DNA of 64,000 nucleotides from Dimorphilus gyrociliatus (Eukaryota; Animalia; Annelida): NCBI GenBank assembly GCA_904063045.1, contig CAJFCJ010000113.1, positions 17,444 to 81,443 of the forward strand, read 5' to 3'. Shown piece by piece: positions 1 to 10,002 of this stretch (position 1 is its first letter; each line of letters starts with the position of its first letter). The notes under the pieces were generated by a model. It saw only the letters and a program-made list of their open reading frames with translations, ran no database searches and was not told where the DNA came from. The position numbers and the translations under genes were made by a program.

Positions 1-323
1 TAAAAATACCAACTTTGTCAAAAAATATAGAAAACAAAATTCTCACAAAGAAAATTTTGAACAGAAAATTCAAATCAAAAAAACCTGACAACCAAAAATT
101 AAAAATACTTGTAGAAAGAATAAATAACAAATAGATGTAAAGTTTTCCCTGAAAGGAGGGTTGTAATAATTTTCAAAGAAACATTACCAGTTAACATTAT
201 CATATATATTAATTAGAGTAAAAGACTACCAGAGCTGTGTAGTTTGGTGGCGTAGAGTAATATTGTATTTAAAGGATTTTTTGTATGGTATTAATAGGGT
301 ATTTCAACCTTCCTGTGCAAAAA

Positions 324-414
324 CATTGGTCAGCTCTATTCTACAATAGATAAGTAGTATTGAACTAGTATTGCACTGTGCTGATAGCACAGACAGAGAT
401 AAGCAGGCTTGACT
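324..414 (+). repeat. Fragment of the 5' part of the family-B Gypsy LTR
   Basis: cattggtcagctctattctacaatagataagtagtattgaactagtattgcactgtgctgatagc...gataagcaggcttgact matches the first ~110 bp of the LTRs at 35085 and 49290. Confidence 0.7.
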
Positions 415-918
415 ATTGATTAAATTTTGTTAACTCTTAGTTTTTTGATTTTGGCTAATGAATGGATTGGGATAAGATTTTAGGTTTTAATATTAGTTTT
501 AAAAAAATTTAAGGTAATTTCAACACAAATTATCAATAGAACAAACTCAAAATGTTTACCAACAATGCTATATTAGTTCAAAGTCACCATTCATTGAATA
601 TCAAGGACTCATCAGGGTCTACTACTACTTTTAATGCAATGTTGACTCCTTAGTCTTCAAACTATAAATGAACCATGTGATCAACTATAAATAAGATTAT
701 GCAATGCCAACAATTATGTGGGAAAATTAAAATAATAAAACAAACCATCTGAAAAAACTGATAACCTAACTAATTTGCCTGTGAGAACTTTCTACAAACT
801 TGTCAAAAGAGATAAGAATATGTAATTATACCACAATTATGCAACAAAGATCTATTGAAGAAGGCCAACCCTTGAAAGTCAAGCTATTATTGCCAATGCT
901 GAACCATCAGTGGGATAT

Positions 919-1553
919 TGTACTGCTCTTGCTGGCAAAATCTATGCGTTTGCAAGTTATAACAATACTGGTTCTACTCGAACCTTTAAACAAATGTTTA
1001 AATTAAAACGGTTTATTCGCAATAATAATACTTAAGCAAGTAACAATATGAGAGTTCGATAGCAGAGTAGATAGTTTGTAAAAGCAGGTTGCCAAATTAC
1101 CAAACTGTCTTCCAATGTTGAGGAGTAGATGGATGGTTCCAGTGGAGGTTGTTTCCAGATGATTTTCCCAGGTCCTTGGGTCCAGATGGAAGCTGCATGC
1201 CAAATGAGAATAATAAGGATTTATATACTTTGAGGTTTGTCTCTGACATCCAATCATCACTTTACAGTTGCCAAAATGTGTAGTTCATATTTATCTTTAG
1301 TAACAGGATGTTACAAGGTTCAACATTTAGGAAGGTTAATTGAATTATAACTTGGCCACACCCTAGGCAAGTTAATTAAATTATAACTTGGCCAAACCTT
1401 TATTGGTAATTAAAGATGAACCTTCAAGCTGACTAATCAGACTTATGTTTGGCCAATGTTTTAGCATTTTCTTGCGTAGGTTTTAAGATGTACATGTATA
1501 TGTTGCATAAAATAATAGAGTTCAAGCATGTAAAATATAACCAAAGTTGTACA
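919..1553 (-). repeat. 3' LTR of family-A Gypsy element
   Basis: Direct repeat of 7314-7948; I counted 3 substitutions by eye. Preceded on the minus strand by a polypurine tract. Confidence 0.97.
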
Positions 1554-1554
1554 A

Positions 1555-1567
1555 CTTCCCCTTCTTT
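1555..1567 (-). promoter_or_regulatory. Polypurine tract (AAAGAAGGGGAAG)
   Basis: Purine run ending 1 nt before the TG of the 3' LTR on the minus strand. Confidence 0.85.
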
Positions 1568-1583
1568 GTGAAGATGAGTCCCT

Positions 1584-4500
1584 TCATCTTGATTTAATGA
1601 GAATTACAGGTGGTTGTTCTTCTTCATTAGTTTGATGTTGACTAAAGCTACAACTTTGTTTCATTAGTTTTGGGTTTTCAGGAGAGTTATCTGTGCTCTC
1701 ACTTGGGGTAGCAATTTCTTCTCTTTGTTTTCTTCTTCCAATAATATAGTTGAAAATGATGATACATACCATTGACACTACAATACTCAAACAAATATTT
1801 CGTATGATAACATAAAGTGTTTTCCCAGGTTTATAGTACCAACTATGGAAAAACTGTTTAATTCCAGATAAATTGGGTACAATGCCATTTTTCTCTGCAA
1901 CAGTGACCATGTTATCATACCTTGCCTGCTTCTGTTCCAGTGAACTGATAACTTGCTTAATTTTTGAGTGCTGGTATGCAATATCCTTCTTTACCCCATG
2001 GTGGAGTAGATCAGCTAATCTGGCAATTTCAATTTTTGGTTCAGAAAGGTGATTGTGGATATGTAACTGCATGGATTTTGCAGACACAGTGTGAAATCTG
2101 CATCCTCTTTCTGAATAATACACATATGTTTTGTCTTTCATTGGTTGGTTTCTTATAGGATTTAATGGGTTGTGAGTTGTTTTGTAGAATAACTTGTTAA
2201 ACTTACACTCATTATAGGTAATCTCTTCAGGATTGACTTGCTGTAAAACATGAGTAACTGGTTCTACTTGGAAAAGCAGGTTGTTCATGGTGACAAGTAG
2301 AAATTGAGAACATTTGTTATTCTTTTTTATCATGCTTAAGTCACAAACTACTTCTGTTGAGGCTATTGGTGAACATTGTTTAATTATAGCTAATTCTCCC
2401 ATCTGACTACTGTGCATTCCCAACTCATTTGTTAACACTGTGGTCAATTGAGGATCCAAATTTGCTAGTAATGCCATCATTCTGCTTCTTTGAACAAATT
2501 GATTGCAGAGAAGACTTGACAGCTGTTGGGTAAACTTTTTTAAATTCTTAAAATTTGAATCAATACCATGTAGTAAGGTAGATGTTTGGGCAGCTTCTCT
2601 CATTTCCAATGGGAATTTGTGGTATGGGTTTTTACTTATCTTATGTTTCAGTTTTGCTTCCTTCTTCATCTGCTTTTTAGCCATTCTCATGTGTAGAGTA
2701 AAATAAATTCCTTCATAGGTAATCTTAAATTCTCTGGCTGGTGGTCCTTTATACCATATGCCCAATGTTGGTAATACCTTCTTTTTGATTCTTTTCTCAC
2801 TGTATACATATTTTGAAATCGTCACAGATTGTCTTGTTGCCCTTGTCCAATTGACTGCTTGCAGCATTTCTTGGATATAATAGTTATCCAGCTCCCAGTA
2901 AGATGGACTAATGGGTTGTTGTAGATGATATATCACAACTTCCTTGAGTGTGCCTTTATTTCTCATTAGTTTATACTTTGTGTTTGTTTCTCTGTACCAT
3001 TGGTTAAGACTTGGTAAGGGGTTGTTTTGCTTGTATAGTATAATTTGTTCTTTTGCCATGATGGATTTACAGAAGGCTGTAGCTCTTAACTGTACCAATT
3101 GCTGCTGGTGATTGAATACAAATAGTACATTTGTTTCAGGAGAGGTAGTATGCATTGTTACATCAATCAGTGTTCTTGTGCTGGTGCCAAAAAGAAGTTC
3201 CTGGGGTGGTAGTCTTGTACTTCCTACAGGTGATTGATTCAAAAATGCTTGAATCAAGGGTAGGTTTGCAACCCAGTTATGCTGATTTTCTTCCACCACT
3301 AATTTATTGATTTCCTTCCTCACTTCTCTATTTCTTCGTTCAACTAGTCCATTGCTCTGGCTTCTATAAGCTGTTGTTTGGATTTTCTCAATACCTAATA
3401 CCTTCATAAACTCTTTAAAAGCTTTACCAACAAAGTTTCTTCCTTGATCTGTCAACATTTGTTTTGGAATTCCAAAAATGGGAAAAAATCTGTTGAAAAG
3501 AAGGTTTGCAATTTCTTTACTGGTTTGCTGTTTGAGTGCATATAAAACTGTGTATCTACTGAAATGATCCACTATCACAAGTATGAATCTGTATGACTTA
3601 ACCATGGGTAAGGGTCCCATTATATCCATGGCTACCAACTCCATTGGTGATGCAGGGTGAAAGGTTTCTACCAAAGGGTATACTCTACTCCTACCATTCA
3701 TTTGTTCACACAAAGTGCAATCCTTTATTGAATTCTCAATCATAACCTTTAATTTTGGGTGCCAAAAGGTCTTTGTAATTATTTGTAATGTCATTCTGGG
3801 TCCATGGTGATTGTGAATTTTATTTTTATGGAATTTAGGGAGCAGAGTTAGCATCAAATGGTCAGGTAAAACCAGAATGTTTCTTTCTTCAAGGATAATC
3901 CAGATCATTTCCTTGTGAACAAACATCTCCATTATGAAAGGTGTAAAAGTTCCAAAATAAGGAATAGGTAGCTGACCATCCAATGTTAAATATTCTTTAA
4001 TTGATTTTAAATTCACATCTTTTTCTTGCTCTGACTGTAAGTCAACAGAAGACAAATCAATTTTCTCTTCACTGTTATCACTGGTAGCTACAAAAGTTAA
4101 TTCTGGTGTATGTTCATACTGTTCCATTTTAACTGAAATAGAGGGAGAATTCTCCTTTTTGATCTTTCCATGAATTAGCTCTTCAAATGTTACTTTCCTT
4201 GGGGGTGTATATTCTTCTAATCTTGTTAATGCATCTGCTCTATTTTTTCGTCCTGTCACATAGTTAATTGTAAATTTTAAATCCATTAAAGCCATGACCC
4301 ATTTTGCTGTGCTGACATTCAATTTGTTTTGCTTAAATGTTTGTACTAGACTCTGATGGTCAGTATATAAAAAGAATGGCTTGTCTTGAAGGTAATGTAA
4401 AAATTTCTTTACAACCCAGTAAACCCCAAATGCTTCCTTTTGATAGGCTGCATATTTCATTTGATTATTGTTGAATTGTTTTGAAGCGTAGGCAATGGGT

Positions 4501-5609
4501 TTCATTGTTTTCTTCCCATTCTCATCTACATAAACTTGTTCAAGAACTCCTCCTACAGCTACATTCGATGCATCTGTTGTTAAGTGAAAATCTTTAGCAA
4601 AATCAGGTAGTTGTAATACAGGAGGGTTAACTACTGCATCTCTCAACTTGAAAAATGATTGCTTGGCTTCCTCAGTCCATTGCAATTTATCCTTTTTCCC
4701 ATGTAGTTTCATTAACATATACAGAGGTTTAGCTACTCTTGCAAAATCTTGTATAAATTTTCTGTAATAGCCACAAAATGCAACAAAGCTTAGTAGTGAA
4801 TTTGCAAACACTGGTGGCTGTAAATTATATAATTTATCTGTCTTGGACTTATCTGTTTCAATCCCCTTTTCTGATACAATGTGTCCCAAGAATTGAACTT
4901 GTTCTTTCAAAAACACACATTTACTTAGTTTAATCTTAAAATTGTACTTTTGAATCTGTTGAAGAATGGTCTCCAATGCTTCCCAATGTTGGTCCAGCGA
5001 CTTGGTAAATATTATTATGTCATCAAGGTAGTTTAGGCACAAATGCTTTACATCCTTTAGCACAAATGAATTCATTACATAACTAAAATGAGGAGGGGCA
5101 TTGGTTAATCCAAAAGGCATCTTAATAAATTCAAACAAGCCAAAAGGTGTAATAAATGCTGTTTTAGACCTATCTTCTTTCTTGATGTTAATGTGGTGGT
5201 ATGCACTTGTCAAATCCATTGTAGAAAAGAATTTATTTCCTCCTCCCAAATGGTCAAAAAGATCATCTTGATTTGGCAGTGGATACTTGTTTTTAACTGT
5301 CATTTTGTTTAGTTTTCTATAATCTACACACATTCGTAGACTACCTTCCTTCTTTCTTACGAAAACAATTGGTGAAGCCCAATTGCTCTTGCTTGGTTGA
5401 ATAACTTTGCTTTTTACCAATTCAGCTATCTGTTGCTTACATTCTTCTTGTTTTTGAGGAGGCATTCTATATGGCCTTTGTCTATATGGTGTTGAACCTG
5501 GTTCAAGAGTTATTTCCAAGGGTGGTACCTCTGGATTGCCAATATCAAATCTGTCTTCTGCAATAGTTTCTTTATATTTTGCCAGAATTTGGGTAACTTT
5601 GTTCTTCAT
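1584..5609 (-). CDS. Pol (RT-RNase H-integrase) fused in-frame to an env-like glycoprotein C-terminal half
   Basis: RT YLDD; RNase H TDAS, TDHQSL and NRADALTR; integrase HHCC plus MDIMG, TDQG and VERRNR. After MAKEQ (~3044) about 485 aa follow with Cys-containing ectodomain motifs, N-glycosylation sequons, one hydrophobic TM segment and a short tail. Confidence 0.95.
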   Translation of the reverse strand: MKNKVTQILAKYKETIAEDRFDIGNPEVPPLEITLEPGSTPYRQRPYRMPPQKQEECKQQIAELVKSKVIQPSKSNWASPIVFVRKKEGSLRMCVDYRKLNKMTVKNKYPLPNQDDLFDHLGGGNKFFSTMDLTSAYHHINIKKEDRSKTAFITPFGLFEFIKMPFGLTNAPPHFSYVMNSFVLKDVKHLCLNYLDDIIIFTKSLDQHWEALETILQQIQKYNFKIKLSKCVFLKEQVQFLGHIVSEKGIETDKSKTDKLYNLQPPVFANSLLSFVAFCGYYRKFIQDFARVAKPLYMLMKLHGKKDKLQWTEEAKQSFFKLRDAVVNPPVLQLPDFAKDFHLTTDASNVAVGGVLEQVYVDENGKKTMKPIAYASKQFNNNQMKYAAYQKEAFGVYWVVKKFLHYLQDKPFFLYTDHQSLVQTFKQNKLNVSTAKWVMALMDLKFTINYVTGRKNRADALTRLEEYTPPRKVTFEELIHGKIKKENSPSISVKMEQYEHTPELTFVATSDNSEEKIDLSSVDLQSEQEKDVNLKSIKEYLTLDGQLPIPYFGTFTPFIMEMFVHKEMIWIILEERNILVLPDHLMLTLLPKFHKNKIHNHHGPRMTLQIITKTFWHPKLKVMIENSIKDCTLCEQMNGRSRVYPLVETFHPASPMELVAMDIMGPLPMVKSYRFILVIVDHFSRYTVLYALKQQTSKEIANLLFNRFFPIFGIPKQMLTDQGRNFVGKAFKEFMKVLGIEKIQTTAYRSQSNGLVERRNREVRKEINKLVVEENQHNWVANLPLIQAFLNQSPVGSTRLPPQELLFGTSTRTLIDVTMHTTSPETNVLFVFNHQQQLVQLRATAFCKSIMAKEQIILYKQNNPLPSLNQWYRETNTKYKLMRNKGTLKEVVIYHLQQPISPSYWELDNYYIQEMLQAVNWTRATRQSVTISKYVYSEKRIKKKVLPTLGIWYKGPPAREFKITYEGIYFTLHMRMAKKQMKKEAKLKHKISKNPYHKFPLEMREAAQTSTLLHGIDSNFKNLKKFTQQLSSLLCNQFVQRSRMMALLANLDPQLTTVLTNELGMHSSQMGELAIIKQCSPIASTEVVCDLSMIKKNNKCSQFLLVTMNNLLFQVEPVTHVLQQVNPEEITYNECKFNKLFYKTTHNPLNPIRNQPMKDKTYVYYSERGCRFHTVSAKSMQLHIHNHLSEPKIEIARLADLLHHGVKKDIAYQHSKIKQVISSLEQKQARYDNMVTVAEKNGIVPNLSGIKQFFHSWYYKPGKTLYVIIRNICLSIVVSMVCIIIFNYIIGRRKQREEIATPSESTDNSPENPKLMKQSCSFSQHQTNEEEQPPVILIKSR

Positions 5610-7159
5610 CTCGGATTTTCTTGTTCAATTGTTGTCTGAAGGGTATGTATTTGACTCTCATTCTTTTTCATAATAAGAGGAACTGGGTAAAATCCTTTGA
5701 AAGATAAGTGTTGTGTTCCAACAGGGTAATTCTTTTCTGTACCTGGCTGGAGTATAATCTGTCTCTTGCCAAAGTCAAGGGTAGCTCCATTTTGTTGTAG
5801 AAAGTCACACCCAATAATACATTGTTGTGTAATGATTTTGTTGATCAGAAAGCGTTGTTTAATAATCTTTCCATTAAAATAAAGTCTGAGAATGATTTCT
5901 CCACATATCTCGATGCTATTTCCTGAAGCATCTCTAGCATTTTTCACAGTTTGTTCTGGGAAGGATGCTTTTCCTTGAACTTGTCTTAATACCTTTTTTG
6001 AAATGAAAGATCTGTCACTACCAGAGTCTATCAAGGCATCAAACTTAAAACCAGTATTAGTTTCAAATTGTCCAATAAATGTTGAAGCATTTCGCTCAGA
6101 TTGTTTGCTTTGTAACAGCTGACAAGTGGATTCGTCACTATCTGAAAAACAGAGAATATCTTGAACTTCGTCGTTTTCTGACATGCTTTCATTGTCTAAT
6201 GTTTCTAATTTTTGTAGCTTAGGTTCCTCTTTCAGTATCGTCTTTGCTGGTTGATTTTTCTTATAATACCTATTTGTTGTAGTTGGTGCATACTTTTGGA
6301 CTTTTTGGCTTGAAAACTTTTCTTTAGTAGCATTTTTGTTGTCAGGTACATGCTTTCTATTCCAGAAATTTGGGGTTTCTGTAGAAGCATCTTTTCTGAT
6401 TACCTGGGTCTTTTTGGTCTCTTTTCTTTGTTGAGTTTCCAATTTTGACACCATTGTGATCGGTTTTCTTTGAGTTAGTTTTAATGAAGTTTCTGCTTGC
6501 TTAGCAGCCTCATATAGTTCTGCCAATGTTTGACATTTAGGATGTAAGGTGTACACTAAATGTAGAATATCCTGTTGTAATCCTCTTTGTAAAACTTCCA
6601 TCAGTTTTATTTCTTTCATAGTTGCAAGCAATTGTGGTTCCATTGGTCTAGGTGGAGAAAACCTCTTTATCAATTTCTTTGCTCTATTAACAAACTGAAC
6701 CACACTTTCGCCATTCATTTGCTTTAAGTTAAGCAATTTCTCTTGATACTCCAAAGGATCCAGATCAAATTCGTCATGGAGGGCTTTCCATATTTCCTCC
6801 ACAGTAGGCTCTCCATCCAGAGCCAACACCAAATCCTTTGCAGGACCAGTTAAATAATCTAAAAGATTTGCTTTCACAACATCTTCTCCTATCCAACCAT
6901 AAGCATAACATGCCTGATTAAAGTCTTCTTTGAATTTTGAACACTCCTTGCTTCCATCATACAACTTGAGAATAGTTCTTTGAGGGCGGTCCCAAGCAGC
7001 CCTTAATGCTTGAATTACTGTTGTGATATCAACATTTGGGTTCTGTGCTGGGTGATGTGTTCCATCTCCATGATCTGTTGGAATTGTGATTCGATTTCTT
7101 TTCATTTCACTCACCAATCTATCATAGTCTTCAATTAGTCTTTGTTGCCTTTCTGACAT
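5606..7159 (-). CDS. Gag-protease of family-A Gypsy element
   Basis: Retrotransposon-gag-like capsid segment (FKEDFNQAC..W...LLDYLTGPAK) and aspartic protease LIDSGS ... IIGCDFL. No CCHC knuckle seen. Confidence 0.92.
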   Translation of the reverse strand: MSERQQRLIEDYDRLVSEMKRNRITIPTDHGDGTHHPAQNPNVDITTVIQALRAAWDRPQRTILKLYDGSKECSKFKEDFNQACYAYGWIGEDVVKANLLDYLTGPAKDLVLALDGEPTVEEIWKALHDEFDLDPLEYQEKLLNLKQMNGESVVQFVNRAKKLIKRFSPPRPMEPQLLATMKEIKLMEVLQRGLQQDILHLVYTLHPKCQTLAELYEAAKQAETSLKLTQRKPITMVSKLETQQRKETKKTQVIRKDASTETPNFWNRKHVPDNKNATKEKFSSQKVQKYAPTTTNRYYKKNQPAKTILKEEPKLQKLETLDNESMSENDEVQDILCFSDSDESTCQLLQSKQSERNASTFIGQFETNTGFKFDALIDSGSDRSFISKKVLRQVQGKASFPEQTVKNARDASGNSIEICGEIILRLYFNGKIIKQRFLINKIITQQCIIGCDFLQQNGATLDFGKRQIILQPGTEKNYPVGTQHLSFKGFYPVPLIMKKNESQIHTLQTTIEQENPR

Positions 7160-7291
7160 TCCTGCTGGCTGAATTGTAATTGTTGGAGTTGCTGGGGTTG
7201 AAGGGTTAGAGTCTGTAACTGCCCCAGTGGATTTCCATTTCTCCTTCTGCCATATTTACTTTCTCAAAACTTTTGAATAAACCAAAAGAAT

Positions 7292-7309
7292 ATCCTGTCG
7301 ACTGCGCCA
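7292..7309 (-). promoter_or_regulatory. Primer-binding site, tRNA-Ser-type (TGGCGCAGTCGACAGGAT)
   Basis: Starts 4 nt inside the 5' LTR end, begins TGG, and resembles the complement of animal tRNA-Ser 3' ends (...ATCCTRCCGACTRCGCCA, recalled). Confidence 0.85.
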
Positions 7310-7313
7310 AATT

Positions 7314-7948
7314 TGTACTGCTCTTGCTGGCAAAATCTATGCGTTTGCAAGTTATAACAATACTGGTTCTACTCGAACCTTTAAACAAATGTTTAAATTA
7401 AAACGGTTTATTCGCAATAATAATACTTAAGCAAGTAACAATATGAGAGTTCGATAGCAGAGTAGATAGTTTGTAAAAGCAGGTTGCCAAATTACCAAAC
7501 TGTCTTCCAATGTTGAGGAGTAGATGGATGGTTCCAGTGGAGGTTGTTTCCAGATGATTTTCCCAGGTCCTTGGGTCCAGATGGAAGCTGCATGCCAAAT
7601 GAGAATAATGAGGATTTATATACTTTGAGGTTTGTCTCTGACATCCAATCATCACTTTACAGTTGCCAAAATGTGTAGTTCATATTTATCTTTAGTAACA
7701 GGATGTTACAAGGTTCAACATTTAGGAAGGTTAATTGAATTATAACTTGGCCACACCCTAGGCAAGTTAATTAAATTATAACTTGGCCAAACCTTTATTG
7801 GTAATTAAAGATGAGCCTTCAAGCTGACTAATCAGACTTATGTTTGGCCAATGTTATAGCATTTTCTTGCGTAGGTTTTAAGATGTACATGTATATGTTG
7901 CATAAAATAATAGAGTTCAAGCATGTAAAATATAACCAAAGTTGTACA
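7314..7948 (-). repeat. 5' LTR of family-A Gypsy element
   Basis: Direct repeat of 919-1553, followed by the PBS on the minus strand. Confidence 0.97.
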
Positions 7949-7965
7949 AAATAAATATAAAAATA

Positions 7966-8051
7966 GGGTGCGAACGTACCCAGGTACGTTCGCACCCGCC
8001 CAGGGTACGTTCGCACCCGGGTACGTTCACACCCAGGTACGTTCGCACCCC
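7966..8051. repeat. Short inverted/tandem repeat array of GGTACGTTCGCACCC (transposon-end or MITE-like)
   Basis: One inverted unit (gggtgcgaacgtacc) followed by four direct units. A similar unit lies at about 57584-57599. Confidence 0.6.
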
Positions 8052-8057
8052 AACTCG

Positions 8058-9277
8058 TTTTTAACTGTCATTTTGTTTAGCTTTCTATAATCTACACACA
8101 TTTGTAGACTACCTTCCTTCTTTCTTATGAAAACAATTGGTGAAGCCCAATTGCTTTTGCTTGGTTGAATAACTTTCCTTTTTACCAACTCAGCTATCTG
8201 TTGCTTACATTCTTCTTGTTTTTGAGGTGGCATTCTATATGGCTTTTGTCTTTATGGCATTGAACCTGGTTCAAGAGTAATTTCCAAGGGTGGTACCTCT
8301 GGATTGCCAATATCAAATCTGTCTTCTGCAATAGTTTCTTTATATTTCGCCAGAATTTGGGTAACTTTTTCCTTCATCTCAGGATTTTCTTGTTCAATTG
8401 TTGTCTGAAGGGTATGTATTTGACTCTCATTCTTTTTCATAGTAAGAGGAACTGGGTAAAGTCCCTTGAAAGATAAGTGCTGTGTTCCAATAGAGTAATT
8501 CTTTTCCGTAACTGGCTGGAGTATAATTTGCCTCTTGCCAAAGTCAAGGGTAGCTCCATTTTGTTGTAGAAAGTCACACCCAATGATACATTGTTGTGTA
8601 ATGATTTTGTTGATCAGAAAGCATTGTTTAATAATTTTTCCATTAAAATAAAGTCTGAGTATGATTTCTCCACATATCTCTATGCTATTACCTGAAGCAT
8701 CTCTAGCATTTTTCACAGTTTGTTCTGGGAAGGACTCTTTTCCTTGAACTTGTCTTAATACCTTTTTTGAAATGAAAGATCTGTCACTACCAGAGTCTAT
8801 CAAGGCATCAAACTTAAAACCAGTATTAGTTTCAAATTGTCCAATAAATGTTGAATTTCGCTCAGATTGTTTGCTTTGATACAGCTGACAAATGGATTCT
8901 TCACTATCTGAAAAACAGAGAATATCTTGAACTTCATCATTTTCTGACATGCTTTCATTGTCTAATGTTTCTAATTTTTGTAGCTTAGGTTCCTCTTTCA
9001 GTATCATCTTGCTGGTTGATTTTTCTTATAATACCTGTTTGTTGGAGGTGGTGCATACTTTTGGACTTTTTGGCTTGAAAACTTTTCTTTAGTAGCATTT
9101 TTGTTGTCAGTAACATGCTTTCTATTCCAAAAATTTGGGGTTTCTGTAGCAGCATCTTTTCTAATCACCTGGGTCTTTTTGGGCTCTTTTCTTTGTTGAG
9201 TTTCCAATTTTGACACCATTGTGATTGGTTTTCTTTGAGTTAGTTTTTAATGAGGTTTCTGCTTGCTTAGCAGCATC
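8058..9277 (-). pseudogene. Truncated second copy of family-A gag(C-term)-protease-RT(N-term)
   Basis: ORFs 9004-9219, 8252-9007 and 8027-8233 are near-identical to the proteins encoded at about 5290-6510, with frameshifts. No LTRs. Confidence 0.92.
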
Positions 9278-9348
9278 ATACATAGGATACAAAACAATAT
9301 GCATTAAATATTGAACACAACACATATCACTATCAATAGGTCAACTGG

Positions 9349-9757
9349 CTAGTGTTTTAATTCTTTTATTGAGATATCTTTTACATATGGCCATTTTGCT
9401 CTCTCTACTTCAAAAGCTTTAATAATGTCAGCTGTTAGGGAATAGAATGGAGTTTTAAAGCAAAGATTCTTGTTAAGCCTGTGATGCCAGCCTTCAAGAT
9501 CATTATTTGTCCTTATAGCCTCACCATATACAGACCATACCTCTGGTTTATAAAATCCATTTATCCATTGTGTCTCAACATACTCCAATAGAGACTTCAT
9601 TTCAATGGGATTTAATTCTTTAATAGTCTTAAATGTTGAATATAGTTGAAAGGGTTGGCAATTGAAAGGGTCCGCAGTTGAAATGGTCCCCAAGCTGATT
9701 GAAAGGGCCTGCAAGTCAATTGAAAGGGTCCACAGGCTGATTGAAAGGGTCTGCAAG
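9349..9757 (-). mobile_element. MULE transposase C-terminal fragment with subterminal TTGAAAGGGTCC repeats
   Basis: ETQWING..PEVWSVY...RTNNDLEGWHHRLN, near-identical to 54983-55468. Short direct repeats at about 9645-9757. Confidence 0.85.
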
Positions 9758-9949
9758 AAAAATAAAAAGACTTGAAAATGTTTTTTTCTTATGAAATCAT
9801 AAAAAAAGAAAGAAATGAAAAAGATAACAAATGGTTAATTTGTAATAATTTATTTTGTTTCAAACTGATAAAGTAAATGAAAATTTGTTGATTAAATTTA
9901 TGTCAATTTGAAAAGTATAACTTGGAACAAATATCTAAGACTTCTGAAT

Positions 9950-10002
9950 GGGTGCAGGAGAAAACGTCCACAAGAGAAAAGGTCCACAGCAGAAAACGTC
10001 CA
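9950..10002 (+). repeat. MULE/Phantom-type terminus with AGAAAACGTCCA repeats
   Basis: gggtgcaggagaaaacgtcc matches the left terminus of the element at 54691. Confidence 0.7.

Larger units (their letters stand above)
919..7948 (-). mobile_element. Ty3/Gypsy LTR retrotransposon (family A), near full length, env-bearing
   Basis: Two 635-bp direct LTRs with TGTAC...GTACA ends, a PBS, a PPT, and gag, protease, RT, RNase H and integrase in Gypsy order, followed by a glycoprotein-like C-terminal extension. No perfect TSD (ATAT left, AAAT right). Confidence 0.97.

Noticed and set aside
580-915. Possible LINE reverse-transcriptase remnant (QG...F*CNVDSL)
   Set aside because: The match is too degraded, with no intact YADD motif, to support by eye.
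1003-1260. 85-aa ORF duplicated at 7398-7655
   Set aside because: It lies entirely inside the LTRs; the duplication reflects LTR identity and no domain is recognisable.
5600-5615. Programmed ribosomal frameshift between gag-pro and pol
   Set aside because: The sibling copy has one extra base and reads through, and no slippery heptamer is evident; a mutation or assembly indel is more likely.
7170-7195. PTITIQ-coding sequence shared between the family-A gag leader and the family-B LTR end (about 50195)
   Set aside because: A short ACAATT-rich match with no extension; likely coincidental.
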